64,000 bases of DNA, taken from the NCBI GenBank assembly GCA_951406725.2, contig OX597820.1, positions 60,264,001 to 60,328,000 on the forward strand, in the 5' to 3' direction. Positions within the stretch are counted from its first letter, which is position 1; each line of letters begins with the position of its first letter. The notes under the pieces are model-generated. The model was not told where the DNA came from. It did not search any database and saw only the letters and a list, made by a program, of their open reading frames with translations. The position numbers were made by a program, and so were the translations under genes. This DNA comes from Octopus vulgaris (lineage: Eukaryota). Below, piece after piece: positions 63,608 to 64,000 of this stretch.

Positions 63608-64000
63608 TCCCACATTATCACTCTGTTTTTCCTATATATTCTTCCTATCACTCACCTTCATATTCTTCAACTTCCCTTCCTTATTCCCACTCTGTTGGTC
63701 AAGTAGCTTGAGCAAATGCAGACAACATAGGGTAGTGAGAATCTCAATAAAAGTGAGCGTACTACTTCTGATGCCATGATAATATACACTCAGCACAGTT
63801 TGTGAAATTGCTGATGAATAAGCAGAGACATCTAAGGACAGAAAGGTCCCTTTATTTTGTTTTGAGGACATGACAACCTAAACAGGCTGGCATCACAATA
63901 AAATGCACTGAACACACTCTGTAAAGTTGGCAATGAACAGAGACGTCATACAATCAGGAAGACTCTCTTGGCTGGTTTTGTTGAGGACACAGCAACCTGT

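Noticed and set aside
49186-64000. Upstream BRCA2 exon (human exon 16 equivalent, DGG.LIP...G.AG.EEF)
   Set aside because: Searched by eye and not found; it probably lies beyond the window.

Overview
Eukaryotic, AT-rich, very repeat-dense DNA. The SINE and LINE families and long (TA)n/(CA)n tracts look like an Octopus genome (inference). The only host gene I can support is BRCA2 on the minus strand, with six short exons: 49057-49185, 33741-33857, 33548-33629, 29594-29693, 14916-15027 and 11137-11240. They encode part of the helical domain and the tower/OB2/OB3 region. The last five splice into one open frame and include a GC-AG intron. The exons for the end of the helical domain, OB1 and the start of OB2 are not visible and probably lie in the 100-N assembly gap at 45414-45513. 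The rest is intronic: tRNA-derived SINEs, RTE-, CR1-, R4/Dong- and RLE-type LINE fragments, Tc1/mariner, piggyBac, hAT-type and Helitron remnants, a 145-bp tandem array and microsatellites. Three patterns stand out: a minimal hammerhead-ribozyme motif with a compensatory U3-A8 core, elements inserted into (TA)n tracts, and many short, locally templated palindromes and duplications. Most ORFs in the supplied track are chance translations of repeats. No searches were run; homology calls are from recognised motifs.
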